Source: Patescibacteria group bacterium (lineage in GTDB: Bacteria > Patescibacteriota > Microgenomatia > UBA1400 > PJMF01). From it: a stretch of 64,000 nucleotides of DNA. Shown piece by piece: positions 19,501 through 27,665 of this stretch (position 1 is the first letter of the stretch; each line of letters begins with the position of its first letter). Under the pieces are notes generated by a model. That model was not told the origin of the DNA. It was given only the letters and a program-made list of their open reading frames with translations, and did no database searches. The translations under genes and the position numbers were made by a program. The stretch is from the NCBI GenBank assembly GCA_041747555.1, contig JBGTEY010000011.1, forward strand, positions 12,696-76,695, given 5' to 3'.

Positions 19501-19973
19501 CAATTGCTCCAGGTGAAAAGAAAGTACTTTTCGTAAATGGTGATCTAACTTTCCAGGGACCAGGGCACACCAGCAATCGCATGATTCGCGTAGATACCCA
19601 AATTGGTGGCGGTTCAGGTTTTATAGCGTTTATCGCCTCTGGAGATATCACTTTTGACGAAAATGTTGGACATCCTAATTATGCTCAAGAAACTCCCAGC
19701 AATATCGATGGTTTATTTGTCGCTGATGGACAGATCATTATTGAAGGAGCTGCCGATGCTAATGTCAGCGACCGCAAGTTCCTTGGGGCAGGCACATTTG
19801 TAGGCTGGAGTGGTTTTGATATGCAGCGCGATTTTGCCAATGACGCAGATCCACTCTCACGAGCGCTCAATAACCTTGATCCAACCGAAAGTTTTGAATT
19901 CCTACCAGGCTTAACTAGGCATATTCCAGATAAAATGAAAACACCTGTCATTGAATGGCAGGAAGTCAACTAG
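16500..19973 (+). CDS. Giant Cys-rich surface protein (1157 aa) with FN3 domain and beta-helix-like C-terminus; candidate pilus-associated adhesin
   Basis: N-terminal TM/signal anchor. More than 70 Cys in the first ~600 aa (CxxC, GCG, CQCGSC patterns). An FN3-like segment PSSVQNLAPTGNYTVTSTTVPITWTPP...YEIKVF. The C-terminal repetitive G/N/D-rich region looks beta-helix-like. Encoded directly upstream of minor pilin genes. Confidence 0.5.
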   Translation: MTKRGIFNLLGLILIVFSVIFFYQTRVVQVADAVQGWAPGNCGWTLSVVQWSCNTNTDRCYEWESGETPRWYCDATSVGYTTEALCNDSCTGNCEYTCLNGWARHCVISDTDVGCDHPNENTCTADVYAVQCSSLAGGDDCSTSTEPIDVRQCWVGNGPPPPDDPPPGGGGCDGNWWGCGAGSCLEPFDNQSACETSTGGSCQCGSCPAACTSSTGRRAIFLFEDTNENGAWDHAAGELRISTTSSCVASNAQYVAGAQILVDGEARFESCNVGNSEFTGAVCTWDDPVPPATQCNDGDDNGFTVGPCERWGPENNGVNSTCFTQHSCGGGCHYSGDGCNGAVPEAGVICDSGNCSGSGDLKSGSYLIMPRDTGNHTVGATVPAGWRISNGMSGNPITVNWSRTNGSCEGGPVGIGLVRDTNTSCYVSPSSTTVAGGTGSVSVRLWGSTDATTTHTARLWLQTKNPNTTAPTALQMNPIPALTTQFLNSGRYSYQYTGAACTTSNGTSCTTLTDVTGLPQGSYYFHCDVVQGTSAPFAPECSGNPSCLYEGLGGLVDCAANGWQSCLPSSATPTDNAPLTATCVPSCTPACGGPDGCGGTCASTDLGMPSSVQNLAPTGNYTVTSTTVPITWTPPATNAALVDSYEIKVFAGILPINENAITNRPCNNTPGGAVCASVSNTITSWNYAPQVAKSRNINIAVRPRNLSCSNQSAPWVVTNVTLQGEITGNFYIDNGNAAIVGGFCRNGGTQPASVQTGTNIVTTMNSNPVGSSSIGASTYTISAVPYTPTSAWGPLGIMTLTLDNPDAENTLACACPVPGSDPFVCQYGGVAAPRLGPNAPVNWYLDLYDLSNDPWWQTRGGLAYARTGVLSTDIPRPCVDENNPAVCVPYMITREVSNGLAVSAGVPMTGGGAILSGTDAPGYFTDRNPQPRAQGTDHSGIVQEDYAFFSSLYNLSQVAQVASSNLVNKDSLPAPVNPDADGTEVYYRNGDLTITPTEIWAIAPGEKKVLFVNGDLTFQGPGHTSNRMIRVDTQIGGGSGFIAFIASGDITFDENVGHPNYAQETPSNIDGLFVADGQIIIEGAADANVSDRKFLGAGTFVGWSGFDMQRDFANDADPLSRALNNLDPTESFEFLPGLTRHIPDKMKTPVIEWQEVN

Positions 19974-19980
19974 TCACGCC

Positions 19981-20502
19981 ATGAAATACTTCGCAAAACT
20001 CTTGCTGAGACACAAAAAAACACCTCAAAAAGGTTTCACACTCATAGAATTGCTGGTGGTAACCTCACTCCTCGTGTTTTTACTCGTCTCAATATCTAGT
20101 CTCTTCATGACATTTCTCCTGAGTGGCTCGAGGCTTAATACACGTAATCTGGTCAAGGCAGAGGGTAGACACGCGCTTAATCAAATGGAATTTATGCTCA
20201 GAAATGCACTTGAAATTACCACCAACAGCAGTAATCAAGTCTGCCAAACGGGTATGAATCGTATTGCCTTACGCTCATCAGACGGTCGTATCACGGAATT
20301 CAGAGTTCAAAATGGAAAAATAGCATCAAATTCCGCAAGTTTAACATCAGAAACGGTCCAGATCTCAAGTGGCCCCACGTTTGATTGTGAAGAGGGGGTT
20401 ACGGGTCAGGGATATGTTCGAATTTCCTTTGAATTAACAAAATCAGTTCCCGACGCAGTCGTCACCGAACGATTTAGCAGCATTGTTGGCTTGAGAAACT
20501 AA
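19981..20502 (+). CDS. Type IV minor pilin / pseudopilin (GspJ/PilW-like)
   Basis: Class III signal: basic leader ...KKTPQKG followed by FTLIELLVV (Gly-Phe cleavage site, Glu5). Start set to ATG 19981 because the track start 19951 (TTG) overlaps the upstream CDS. Confidence 0.75.
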   Translation: MKYFAKLLLRHKKTPQKGFTLIELLVVTSLLVFLLVSISSLFMTFLLSGSRLNTRNLVKAEGRHALNQMEFMLRNALEITTNSSNQVCQTGMNRIALRSSDGRITEFRVQNGKIASNSASLTSETVQISSGPTFDCEEGVTGQGYVRISFELTKSVPDAVVTERFSSIVGLRN

Positions 20503-20536
20503 GACTAAAAGTTCAGTGCAAACTCTGCAAACGTTA

Positions 20537-21019
20537 TCAATTCCACCGAGTAAATTCTTGCACCAACACCACGGTTCTATCATCGCTAGAAGTCCTAAAC
20601 CAACTCACGGTCACTTCAACACGCACCACATCGGTATCAGGAAAAGTTATATATGCTTCACGCGAAAAATCTTGCCCAGACGCGTCAATATTCATCGGAC
20701 AATTTGCTTGCGCAGGCATATCTCCAAGAGAGAAGGCATCTTCTGGAACACAAAAGTTTTGTCCATTAGAAAAACTAGACTGAAATGTGCCAAATCCAAG
20801 TAAGCCTCGCTCTTTTCTAAAAATATCTATTGCTTCTTGAGCGAGCGTCGTTGCAACTTCTCGATAGCGAGCCTCAGCTTGATTTTTGATTGAATACGTC
20901 ATCCCAGAAGCAATTGCAGTTACAACAAGAGCCATGACCATCGTTGCTACTAATAATTCGACTATCGTAGACCCTCGCTGGAGATTTTTTCTCAACCATG
21001 CGTATTTTTTCATAACCAA
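20537..21019 (-). CDS. Type IV minor pilin (PilV/GspI-like)
   Basis: Leader MVMKKYAWLRKNLQRG then STIVELLVATMVMALVV prepilin motif. Confidence 0.7.
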   Translation of the reverse strand: MVMKKYAWLRKNLQRGSTIVELLVATMVMALVVTAIASGMTYSIKNQAEARYREVATTLAQEAIDIFRKERGLLGFGTFQSSFSNGQNFCVPEDAFSLGDMPAQANCPMNIDASGQDFSREAYITFPDTDVVRVEVTVSWFRTSSDDRTVVLVQEFTRWN

Positions 21020-21606
21020 TCTCCCTCAGTAATCTCGCCACCTTCTCGGATCATAAATTGCCATTCTCGGTCAAAACCTTGTACAGTTATTGTCCTTGTA
21101 GAATTGTTGGTACCTACAAACTGCACACCGCCGTATAACGACCAAAATCGAACGTCTAGATCACCATTGTCTGTAGTTATGGTAACGGTGCTGGGAAGCT
21201 GATATTCGCGAACTGCGCCCCTCACAACGTCTAATTCACTATCCTGCTGCACCCGACCACAACTGGCGTAGAGCTGTACAGTCGGACCAGGAACACCTGC
21301 GGGCGCGGTTACTCTCCAACCTTGTAAGGGGAGTCCCGCTGCGGGATCACATTCTGGTGGTGTCTCTCGTACTCGGGCTTTGGTTTGGGCAGAGCGGAGA
21401 ATGGTTTGGAGTTCTTTGTTGGCAGTAGCCACAGTTTGACGGTCATTAAAGGTGATAAATGAAGCGATGCCGCCGCCTACAACCACGAGTAAAATACTTA
21501 CCGTAATCATCAGCTCGATAAATGAAAATCCACGATTTCCATGAACTACACGCTTTTCACAATTTTCATGCATTCCACGAAAGGGTAAAAGTGATTTGTT
21601 GATCAT
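21010..21606 (-). CDS. Type IV minor pilin (FimT/GspH-like)
   Basis: ...VVHGNRG followed by FSFIELMITVSILLVVVG prepilin motif. The start is uncertain; the internal Met at 21573 would give a 15-aa leader. Confidence 0.7.
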   Translation of the reverse strand: MINKSLLPFRGMHENCEKRVVHGNRGFSFIELMITVSILLVVVGGGIASFITFNDRQTVATANKELQTILRSAQTKARVRETPPECDPAAGLPLQGWRVTAPAGVPGPTVQLYASCGRVQQDSELDVVRGAVREYQLPSTVTITTDNGDLDVRFWSLYGGVQFVGTNNSTRTITVQGFDREWQFMIREGGEITEGDWL

Positions 21607-21618
21607 GTCTGCTCACAG

Positions 21619-22089
21619 TTATGGCTGGGTGACACAATAGAAGTTCCCGGTCCCAAAATTACAGTTATTATTGGTGGAATTACCCATGTTTGTTCCTTCC
21701 AATTGAGCACAAAGACAGAAGCCAGTGGTGCCTGTTGGGACGTACCGATAGTCTTGCGTTGGGGTTTGCGGATCCTGAGGAACTGGTTGACTGAGGTAAT
21801 TATCTCCCGTGAGAACACCAGTTATTGCACCGTAATTGCCACCAGGAGGATATGCGCCCTCATCTGCTCGATAGAGCACAATTGCTTGCCTGACTGTTTC
21901 CATATCAGTTTTGCGCTTGCCATTTCTGGCATTTCTTCCAGCATTCGTGAAGCTGACCATGCCAATTGCAGCTAGAATTATGATGATAGTGGCAACAACG
22001 AGGAGTTCAATGAGTGAAAATCCACGTTTTTTCGATAAAACATGCCGAGCGCCAAAGTCAGAAAAGATTGATTTATCCGTTATTTTCAT
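21619..22089 (-). CDS. Type IV pilin (PilA/GspG-like)
   Basis: MKITDKSIFSDFGARHVLSKKRG then FSLIELLVVATIIIILAAIG. The start was moved to the internal ATG 22089 because the track ORF 21619..22194 overlaps the upstream pilin gene. Confidence 0.75.
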   Translation of the reverse strand: MKITDKSIFSDFGARHVLSKKRGFSLIELLVVATIIIILAAIGMVSFTNAGRNARNGKRKTDMETVRQAIVLYRADEGAYPPGGNYGAITGVLTGDNYLSQPVPQDPQTPTQDYRYVPTGTTGFCLCAQLEGTNMGNSTNNNCNFGTGNFYCVTQP

Positions 22090-22121
22090 AATATTGGCCT
22101 GCGAATGTGTCAAAGTGTCAG

Positions 22122-22610
22122 CTACTGTAGATTCTTGACACAAAAGCGAGTTGTTCCAGTGGTAAAAGTACATCCAGTTCCTGTGCAAGCACAACTATTG
22201 CAGTTACCGTTTCCAGCCTCCATAACTGCTGAAACACAATATCCACCAGTTGCATTATAGGCACAGGTGTACGTTGAATCGGGTGCTCTAGGATCAGCAG
22301 GAAATACATCGAGTACTCCAGCTGATTGCAGTTGCGAACCACTACATCCGCTAATACTTGCATATGTTGAATTATTCGCGGTGTAGTAAATTTCCTGCGC
22401 AGTTTGAATTGCCTTCAAATCACCAGATCGCCTGGCGTCACGAGCTTTCCTCTGGGCAGTGGTAAAACCAGCCACACCCATTGCTACCAAAATTGAAATG
22501 ATCGAGATAACAACCAGCAACTCAAGGAGAGAGAAACCAGATTTCCGTGAAGTTCGGAACCGAGCATCACCATGTATATATGTTTCAATCGATTTAAATA
22601 ATTTTTTCAT
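22122..22610 (-). CDS. pilA: Type IV pilin, likely major pilin (PilA-like) with Cys-rich C-terminus
   Basis: MKKLFKSIETYIHGDARFRTSRKSG then FSLLELLVVISIISILVAMG. The AQRKARDARRSGDLKAIQTAQEIYY alpha1-C region is typical of PilA/GspG. C-terminal cysteines suggest a disulfide loop. Confidence 0.75.
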   Translation of the reverse strand: MKKLFKSIETYIHGDARFRTSRKSGFSLLELLVVISIISILVAMGVAGFTTAQRKARDARRSGDLKAIQTAQEIYYTANNSTYASISGCSGSQLQSAGVLDVFPADPRAPDSTYTCAYNATGGYCVSAVMEAGNGNCNSCACTGTGCTFTTGTTRFCVKNLQ

Positions 22611-22668
22611 AGCACTCCTTATAGTTCTATACTAGTATGAAGCACGCCTAGTGCGCAAGTCATACTTT

Positions 22669-23640
22669 TTATTGCGAAGTCGATCCCGTCTGGTTATTTA
22701 CAATTACGATCATCGTACTCACAGGTGTATCAGCTGATTCAATACCCCAATTGTCTTTGAGGCTAATTCGTACATTGTACTCACACTGAGTAGTTTCGCA
22801 GGTAAATTTATGATTGACTGCTTTGGCGGTTGCCCTGACCTGTTCGGTTGCACCGTCACCAAAGTCAAGCGTCGCGGTAACACTACTTGCCTGACCCTCA
22901 TCTGCAACATACACAAATTCAACTGTCGCACCAGAGGCAATTTCAATCGTTCTGGTCTTTAGATCAAAAAATGGATTACTGGTAAATGACAAAATGACTG
23001 GACGAGATACGCACGCTGAGTAGCATGATTTTTCACAATCAGTAGTACCTACCAAACGATCGCCAACACCTATGTGCGATACATCCTGACAGCATTCATA
23101 GCCATAGCCAGTACAGCTCGTGATCGGTCCGCTCTCGACACTAGGTAATTCTTCGCCCTCATGCAAGATTCTGTTATCAATCAGCAGAGTTCTGCTGCGG
23201 CTGACCCACTTACCGTGGTTAAAAAGAAACGCATTCAATTGCTGTTCTAGTTGGCCAAAAACTTTAATTTCGATGCCACTTTTGCTTGTATTCCAGAGGA
23301 ATCCTGATCTACCTGGAGCTTTTTCCACGAAAGGAGGGAGTTGTTGTCGTTCAATTAGAATTGGGTCGCGTGAATTCTGACTGCACAATGCCTCAAGCAC
23401 ATACTCTGTAGAAGAAAGAAATCTGAGTTGCAAAAATTCCTGCCCACCAGAAGAAAGTCCTCGACGTCGACACTCAATCTCATAACTACCTTGATTGCTT
23501 GCCCTTTGTAACTGCTGCAAAGACTGCTTAACGGTTGATATTCCCCAGTAAAGTAGTCCTTCGCGTGCCACAAAAAAACCAGTAATGGCAATTACAATAA
23601 CAATTGACAACCACAAAAATAAGTACCGCAAAACACGCAT
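22669..23640 (-). CDS. Hypothetical membrane-anchored protein in the T4P locus (C-terminal Ig/PKD-like beta domain)
   Basis: TM helix LFLWLSIVIVIAITGFFV. The C-terminal ~100 aa are beta-rich (TRTIEIASGATVEFVYVADEGQASSVTATLDFGDGATEQV resembles PKD-like domains). Start taken at Met8 of the track ORF. Confidence 0.4.
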   Translation of the reverse strand: MRVLRYLFLWLSIVIVIAITGFFVAREGLLYWGISTVKQSLQQLQRASNQGSYEIECRRRGLSSGGQEFLQLRFLSSTEYVLEALCSQNSRDPILIERQQLPPFVEKAPGRSGFLWNTSKSGIEIKVFGQLEQQLNAFLFNHGKWVSRSRTLLIDNRILHEGEELPSVESGPITSCTGYGYECCQDVSHIGVGDRLVGTTDCEKSCYSACVSRPVILSFTSNPFFDLKTRTIEIASGATVEFVYVADEGQASSVTATLDFGDGATEQVRATAKAVNHKFTCETTQCEYNVRISLKDNWGIESADTPVSTMIVIVNNQTGSTSQ

Positions 23641-23698
23641 ACATCCATAGTAACCAATCAATCAATCGACGTACAGTAACAGTCTGAAAAAATCGTAT

Positions 23699-24529
23699 TT
23701 ACCTCAAGAGCTGGAGATACCATTCCCACAAAACCAATCCATGAGTCATGCTCAACAAAAAACCCACAATCAGAAACGGACCAAATGGAATTGGTTGTCG
23801 CCATTGTCTTTTTTTAGAAGCAATCAGAAATACACCAACCACTGCGCCGATCAAAAAGGCCAAAAACAGTCCCACCAGCGCCTGCGGCCAGCCTGCCACT
23901 AGGCCAAGTGGGATCATTAATTTTACATCACCAAACCCCAAACCTTTACCTTTCGTCCCTGCCCAAAGCAAAAACATACCTGTAGTAAGGCCCAAGGTGA
24001 TTGCGATTGTTGCTATGAAGTTTGTCGCGGGTGCTCCCAAACCGTATGTTGTCACCTGGTAGAGCAGAGTAAGTATGGTTAACAGAATAATAGATCCATC
24101 GGGAATAATCAGATATTTCAGGTCAACAAGCGTAATGTACGTGAGCGTCAAAAACACAATAAGCCAATATAGTGCTGTTATCGTCAATAGCAGGTTGGAA
24201 AACGACAACACGCCCATTGCAACAAGTGCGAACCAGATCAGAAATACTGCGCCAAATGCAATTTCTGAGACCAAATGTGTCTGCGTTATGGGCTTTTTAC
24301 AAAACCTGCATGTACCCTTGAGGAACAAAAATGAAAGTACCGGAACCATATCAAACCACTTGAGTAATTTATGGCAGTGATCACAAGCAGATCTGCCGGT
24401 GACCCATAACTTTCCCTCGGCGCCTCTAGTAGCCATGACATGCAAAAAACTGCCAATCACAGCTCCAAACAAAAACAAAAAAAATCCACCAAGTAATGTA
24501 CTTATAGTTTCTAGGAGTGTATTACTCAT
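23699..24529 (-). CDS. pilD: Prepilin peptidase (A24 family) with N-terminal Zn-finger
   Basis: CDHCHKLLKWFDMVPVLSFLFLKGTCRFCKKPI tetra-Cys motif. Second catalytic Asp in GFGDVKLMIPLGLVAGW. Polytopic. Confidence 0.88.
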   Translation of the reverse strand: MSNTLLETISTLLGGFFLFLFGAVIGSFLHVMATRGAEGKLWVTGRSACDHCHKLLKWFDMVPVLSFLFLKGTCRFCKKPITQTHLVSEIAFGAVFLIWFALVAMGVLSFSNLLLTITALYWLIVFLTLTYITLVDLKYLIIPDGSIILLTILTLLYQVTTYGLGAPATNFIATIAITLGLTTGMFLLWAGTKGKGLGFGDVKLMIPLGLVAGWPQALVGLFLAFLIGAVVGVFLIASKKRQWRQPIPFGPFLIVGFLLSMTHGLVLWEWYLQLLR

Positions 24530-24590
24530 GAGGACCTACCAAAAGCCCTGAGCTCTTGCGAACCCAGGGCATATATATTTCTAATTTTGT

Positions 24591-25250
24591 TTAAGGAATG
24601 CAAACGCATTTTCCTTCTACACCACACTCTGTAGTGTTATCAATTGCGCTAGGCGGGTAGTCAGCTGGTACATTATCAAGCGTTCCATCTAAGTTCTGAT
24701 CAAGCCTTTGCTCAACTTCAGTGATAAATGCTTGGGATGATGGCGCGAAGCAAACATACGTACTGTCTCCCTGACTCCCTCGATTGTATACGAAGAGGGG
24801 ATTGCGAGATGAGGCAAAGACTCTATTAAAGAAACTAACCTTTACTTCATCTGTACCAATACAGTTACCAGTTGTGGCTTCACTCAGTTTTTCGTAGACA
24901 GGGCAAGCAGAATCATCAGCGGTAGCGTCAGTGAACTCTTGCCAAAGAATACCAGCGTTAGCGGTATCTCCCGGACCAGTTTGCCAAGGATACGCGCCTT
25001 GAAATGCTTGATATCGCTCAAACGCGCCAAGCAGTTGTTCAGCATCAGATCGATACCCCGTATCTCGACCACGATTAATTTGCTCAATCGGATTGAGTGC
25101 AGACAGCACCGCTACTGCCAAGATTCCAAGAATGGCGATAACAATTAAGAGTTCGATCATCGTGAAACCAGCCGCATTTTTGGCGGCAGATTTAATTGCT
25201 AGAAGGGCAGAGCGAATTGACATAATCTCCTTTGTCCTACGGGACATCAA
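24591..25250 (-). CDS. Type IV pilin-like protein
   Basis: ...AAKNAAG followed by FTMIELLIVIAILGILAVAVLSA. The start is ambiguous; the internal Met at 25223 would give a 19-aa leader. Confidence 0.7.
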   Translation of the reverse strand: MMSRRTKEIMSIRSALLAIKSAAKNAAGFTMIELLIVIAILGILAVAVLSALNPIEQINRGRDTGYRSDAEQLLGAFERYQAFQGAYPWQTGPGDTANAGILWQEFTDATADDSACPVYEKLSEATTGNCIGTDEVKVSFFNRVFASSRNPLFVYNRGSQGDSTYVCFAPSSQAFITEVEQRLDQNLDGTLDNVPADYPPSAIDNTTECGVEGKCVCIP

Positions 25251-25366
25251 GTGTGTTTTAAACTTACAATTACTCTATACTAAAAAACAACCTTTCTGCA
25301 AGTAGCATCTGGGAGGACTGCCCAAATTGCTATGCAAACTCTCGATCTCAACACGATTTGTCTCAA

Positions 25367-26572
25367 TTAGAATTGTGAGGTGAGATTGTAGATTGGCATA
25401 ATTATTGCGATCACCATTGCACCTACACCAATTCCAAGTACGACCATAATAAGTGGCTCGATCGCAGTAGTCATATTCTTAACTGCATGCTCAGTTTCAG
25501 ACTCGAAATACTCTGATAGCTTTTTGAGAACGCTATCGAGCTTGCCTGTTTCTTCACCAACCTTAATCATTTGGTGCAAAATCGGGGGGAAAATATCATC
25601 ATAGTGACTGAGTGCTTGTGAAAGAGAAACGCCTTTTTCGACCTGATCAGTGGCTTTCTGCAGAGCATCACGATACACAATATTCTCGACACCATCAGTC
25701 ACAATCTGCAATGCCTGTAACAAAGAAATGCCCGCGCCAAGTAATAGTGAAAGTGTTCGAGAAAATTCAGTGAGGATAACTTTTTGAGTTAACACACCAA
25801 CAACTGGGAGTCGCATCACAAATTTATCCACTACCAACTGTCCTGCCTCAGTTTTGTACCATCTGCGCACACCAAATACGCCTCCCACAATCGCAATTGC
25901 CACAAACCACCATGCACGGACCATAAAATCCGAGATTGCAATCAGTACTCGAGTAGCAAGCGGTAAATCGGCGCCAAAATCACGATACATTTCAGTCAGC
26001 TTTGGAATAACAAAAATCATCATAATCGCACCAACAACCAGCATCGCGATGATAACAATGACCGGATAGATGAGAGCGCCCTTGGTTTTGGCCCGAAAAT
26101 CTTTTTGCTTTTCCATATTTTCTGCTAACCGCTCAAGAATATTGTCCAAAACTCCGCCTGCTTCGCCGGCAAACACCAATTGAATGTAAATTCGTGAAAA
26201 ATATTCTTTTTGTTTATCGAGTGCTTTGGCAAATGATGTACCACCTTCAACCTCTTGAAGAAGTCCCGAAACCATCTTAGACATCTCGGGTTTGCCCTGC
26301 TGCACGAGAATGGAGAGTGCAGAGGACAATGGCAACCCTGCAGTAATCATGGTCGAAAGTTGCCGAGTAAAGTTGACAATATCGTCTATTTTTATTCCAA
26401 AAAATTTCGATTTAAAAAACTGCAACGAATCCTCAACCAAAGGATTAAGCGTTATAACTAGCAAATCTCTTGAGGTAAGAAGCGACGCAGCTTGTTCAAT
26501 AGTCTGAGCCTCGACCTTTCCCTTCACCGTCTCTGAAAATTTATTTTTGGCAGTGTATTTAAAGAATGCCAT
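25367..26572 (-). CDS. pilC: Type IV pilus platform protein PilC (GspF family)
   Basis: 401 aa with two GspF repeats and three TM segments. N-terminus MAFFKYTAKNKFSETVKGKVEAQTIEQAASLL is typical of PilC. Confidence 0.88.
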   Translation of the reverse strand: MAFFKYTAKNKFSETVKGKVEAQTIEQAASLLTSRDLLVITLNPLVEDSLQFFKSKFFGIKIDDIVNFTRQLSTMITAGLPLSSALSILVQQGKPEMSKMVSGLLQEVEGGTSFAKALDKQKEYFSRIYIQLVFAGEAGGVLDNILERLAENMEKQKDFRAKTKGALIYPVIVIIAMLVVGAIMMIFVIPKLTEMYRDFGADLPLATRVLIAISDFMVRAWWFVAIAIVGGVFGVRRWYKTEAGQLVVDKFVMRLPVVGVLTQKVILTEFSRTLSLLLGAGISLLQALQIVTDGVENIVYRDALQKATDQVEKGVSLSQALSHYDDIFPPILHQMIKVGEETGKLDSVLKKLSEYFESETEHAVKNMTTAIEPLIMVVLGIGVGAMVIAIIMPIYNLTSQF

Positions 26573-26575
26573 AGT

Positions 26576-27640
26576 TTATTGGCTTGTGCCTCCCATTAAA
26601 CGCTCGATTGCTTCTGGCCTAAAGGCATTAGTTTTGGCAACCTCGGCGGTAATGACGCCTTGGTTGGTGAGGGTAACAAGATGTGACTCCATAAGCTGCA
26701 TGCCGACGTCAGCAGAAGTTTGAATAACGTTGTCAATTTGATGCGTCTTTGCCTCCCGAATTAAGTTTCGGATAGCTGGATTCGCAACCATAATCTCAAG
26801 TGCAGCAACACGACCACCACTAGTATTAGGCAGCAATCGCTGTGAAGCAATTATTTTGACGGTAGCGGCTAACTGCTGGCGAATTTGACCTTGTTGATGA
26901 CCAGGGAACACATCAATGATACGGTCGATAGTCTGGGCTGCAGTTGCGGTATGCAGCGTTGCAAACACCAAATGTCCCGTTTCTGCTATTGTAATAGCTG
27001 CCGCAATTGTTTCGTAGTCGCGCATTTCACCAATCAGAACAATATTCGGGTCTTCACGCAGGACTGACTTGAGGGCAACTTCCCAACCATGGGTATCATG
27101 ATTAACCTCGCGTTGCGAAATAATACTTCTTTTTGGCTTGTACATGAATTCGATAGGATCTTCGATGGTGACGATGTGCTCAGCACGACTCGTGTTGATT
27201 TCATCAATAAGCGCAGCCAAACTAGTAGATTTTCCCTCGCCAGTAGGACCAGTGATCAGAATAAGGCCTTGATTAAACTTAGTAAAATCGTGAAAAATTG
27301 GTGGGAGCTGCAACTCATCAACCGTCTTGATTCTGGTTGGGATCAACCGAAGTGCAGCAGCCATCGTACCTTGTGCATGGTAGACATTAACACGAAATCG
27401 ACCTTTATCCTGATATTGATAACCAAGGTCCAATTCTTTGTTGACGCGGACATAATCGGCTTGCTCTTGAGTGAGGAGGGGAATAATGAGCGCTTCACTC
27501 TGCTCAGCATTCAACACTGGGGCGCCAGGTACAGGTTCAAGAACACCATGCACGCGTGTCATCGGGGGAGAACCCACCACTATATGAATGTCAGACCCCT
27601 CTGCAACGACAAGCTGCTCTAAAATATCATGTATGTTCAT
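26576..27640 (-). CDS. pilT: Twitching motility retraction ATPase PilT
   Basis: Walker A GPTGEGKST, the Asp box, and the PilT C-terminal AIRNLIRE motif. 354 aa. Confidence 0.9.
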   Translation of the reverse strand: MNIHDILEQLVVAEGSDIHIVVGSPPMTRVHGVLEPVPGAPVLNAEQSEALIIPLLTQEQADYVRVNKELDLGYQYQDKGRFRVNVYHAQGTMAAALRLIPTRIKTVDELQLPPIFHDFTKFNQGLILITGPTGEGKSTSLAALIDEINTSRAEHIVTIEDPIEFMYKPKRSIISQREVNHDTHGWEVALKSVLREDPNIVLIGEMRDYETIAAAITIAETGHLVFATLHTATAAQTIDRIIDVFPGHQQGQIRQQLAATVKIIASQRLLPNTSGGRVAALEIMVANPAIRNLIREAKTHQIDNVIQTSADVGMQLMESHLVTLTNQGVITAEVAKTNAFRPEAIERLMGGTSQ

Positions 27641-27665
27641 ACCAACTCCTTATATTCCTCAAACC

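Noticed and set aside
27089-27622. 177-aa ORF on the plus strand inside pilT
   Set aside because: It is antisense to a strongly conserved ATPase gene, with a low-complexity, Trp/Arg-rich translation typical of antisense artefacts. The same reasoning applies to 40076..40471 (inside the LOX-like gene), 44741..45295 (inside 44149..45195), 14302..14736 and 14421..14758 (inside the 638-aa gene), and 16588..17410 and 18043..19024 (inside the 1157-aa gene).
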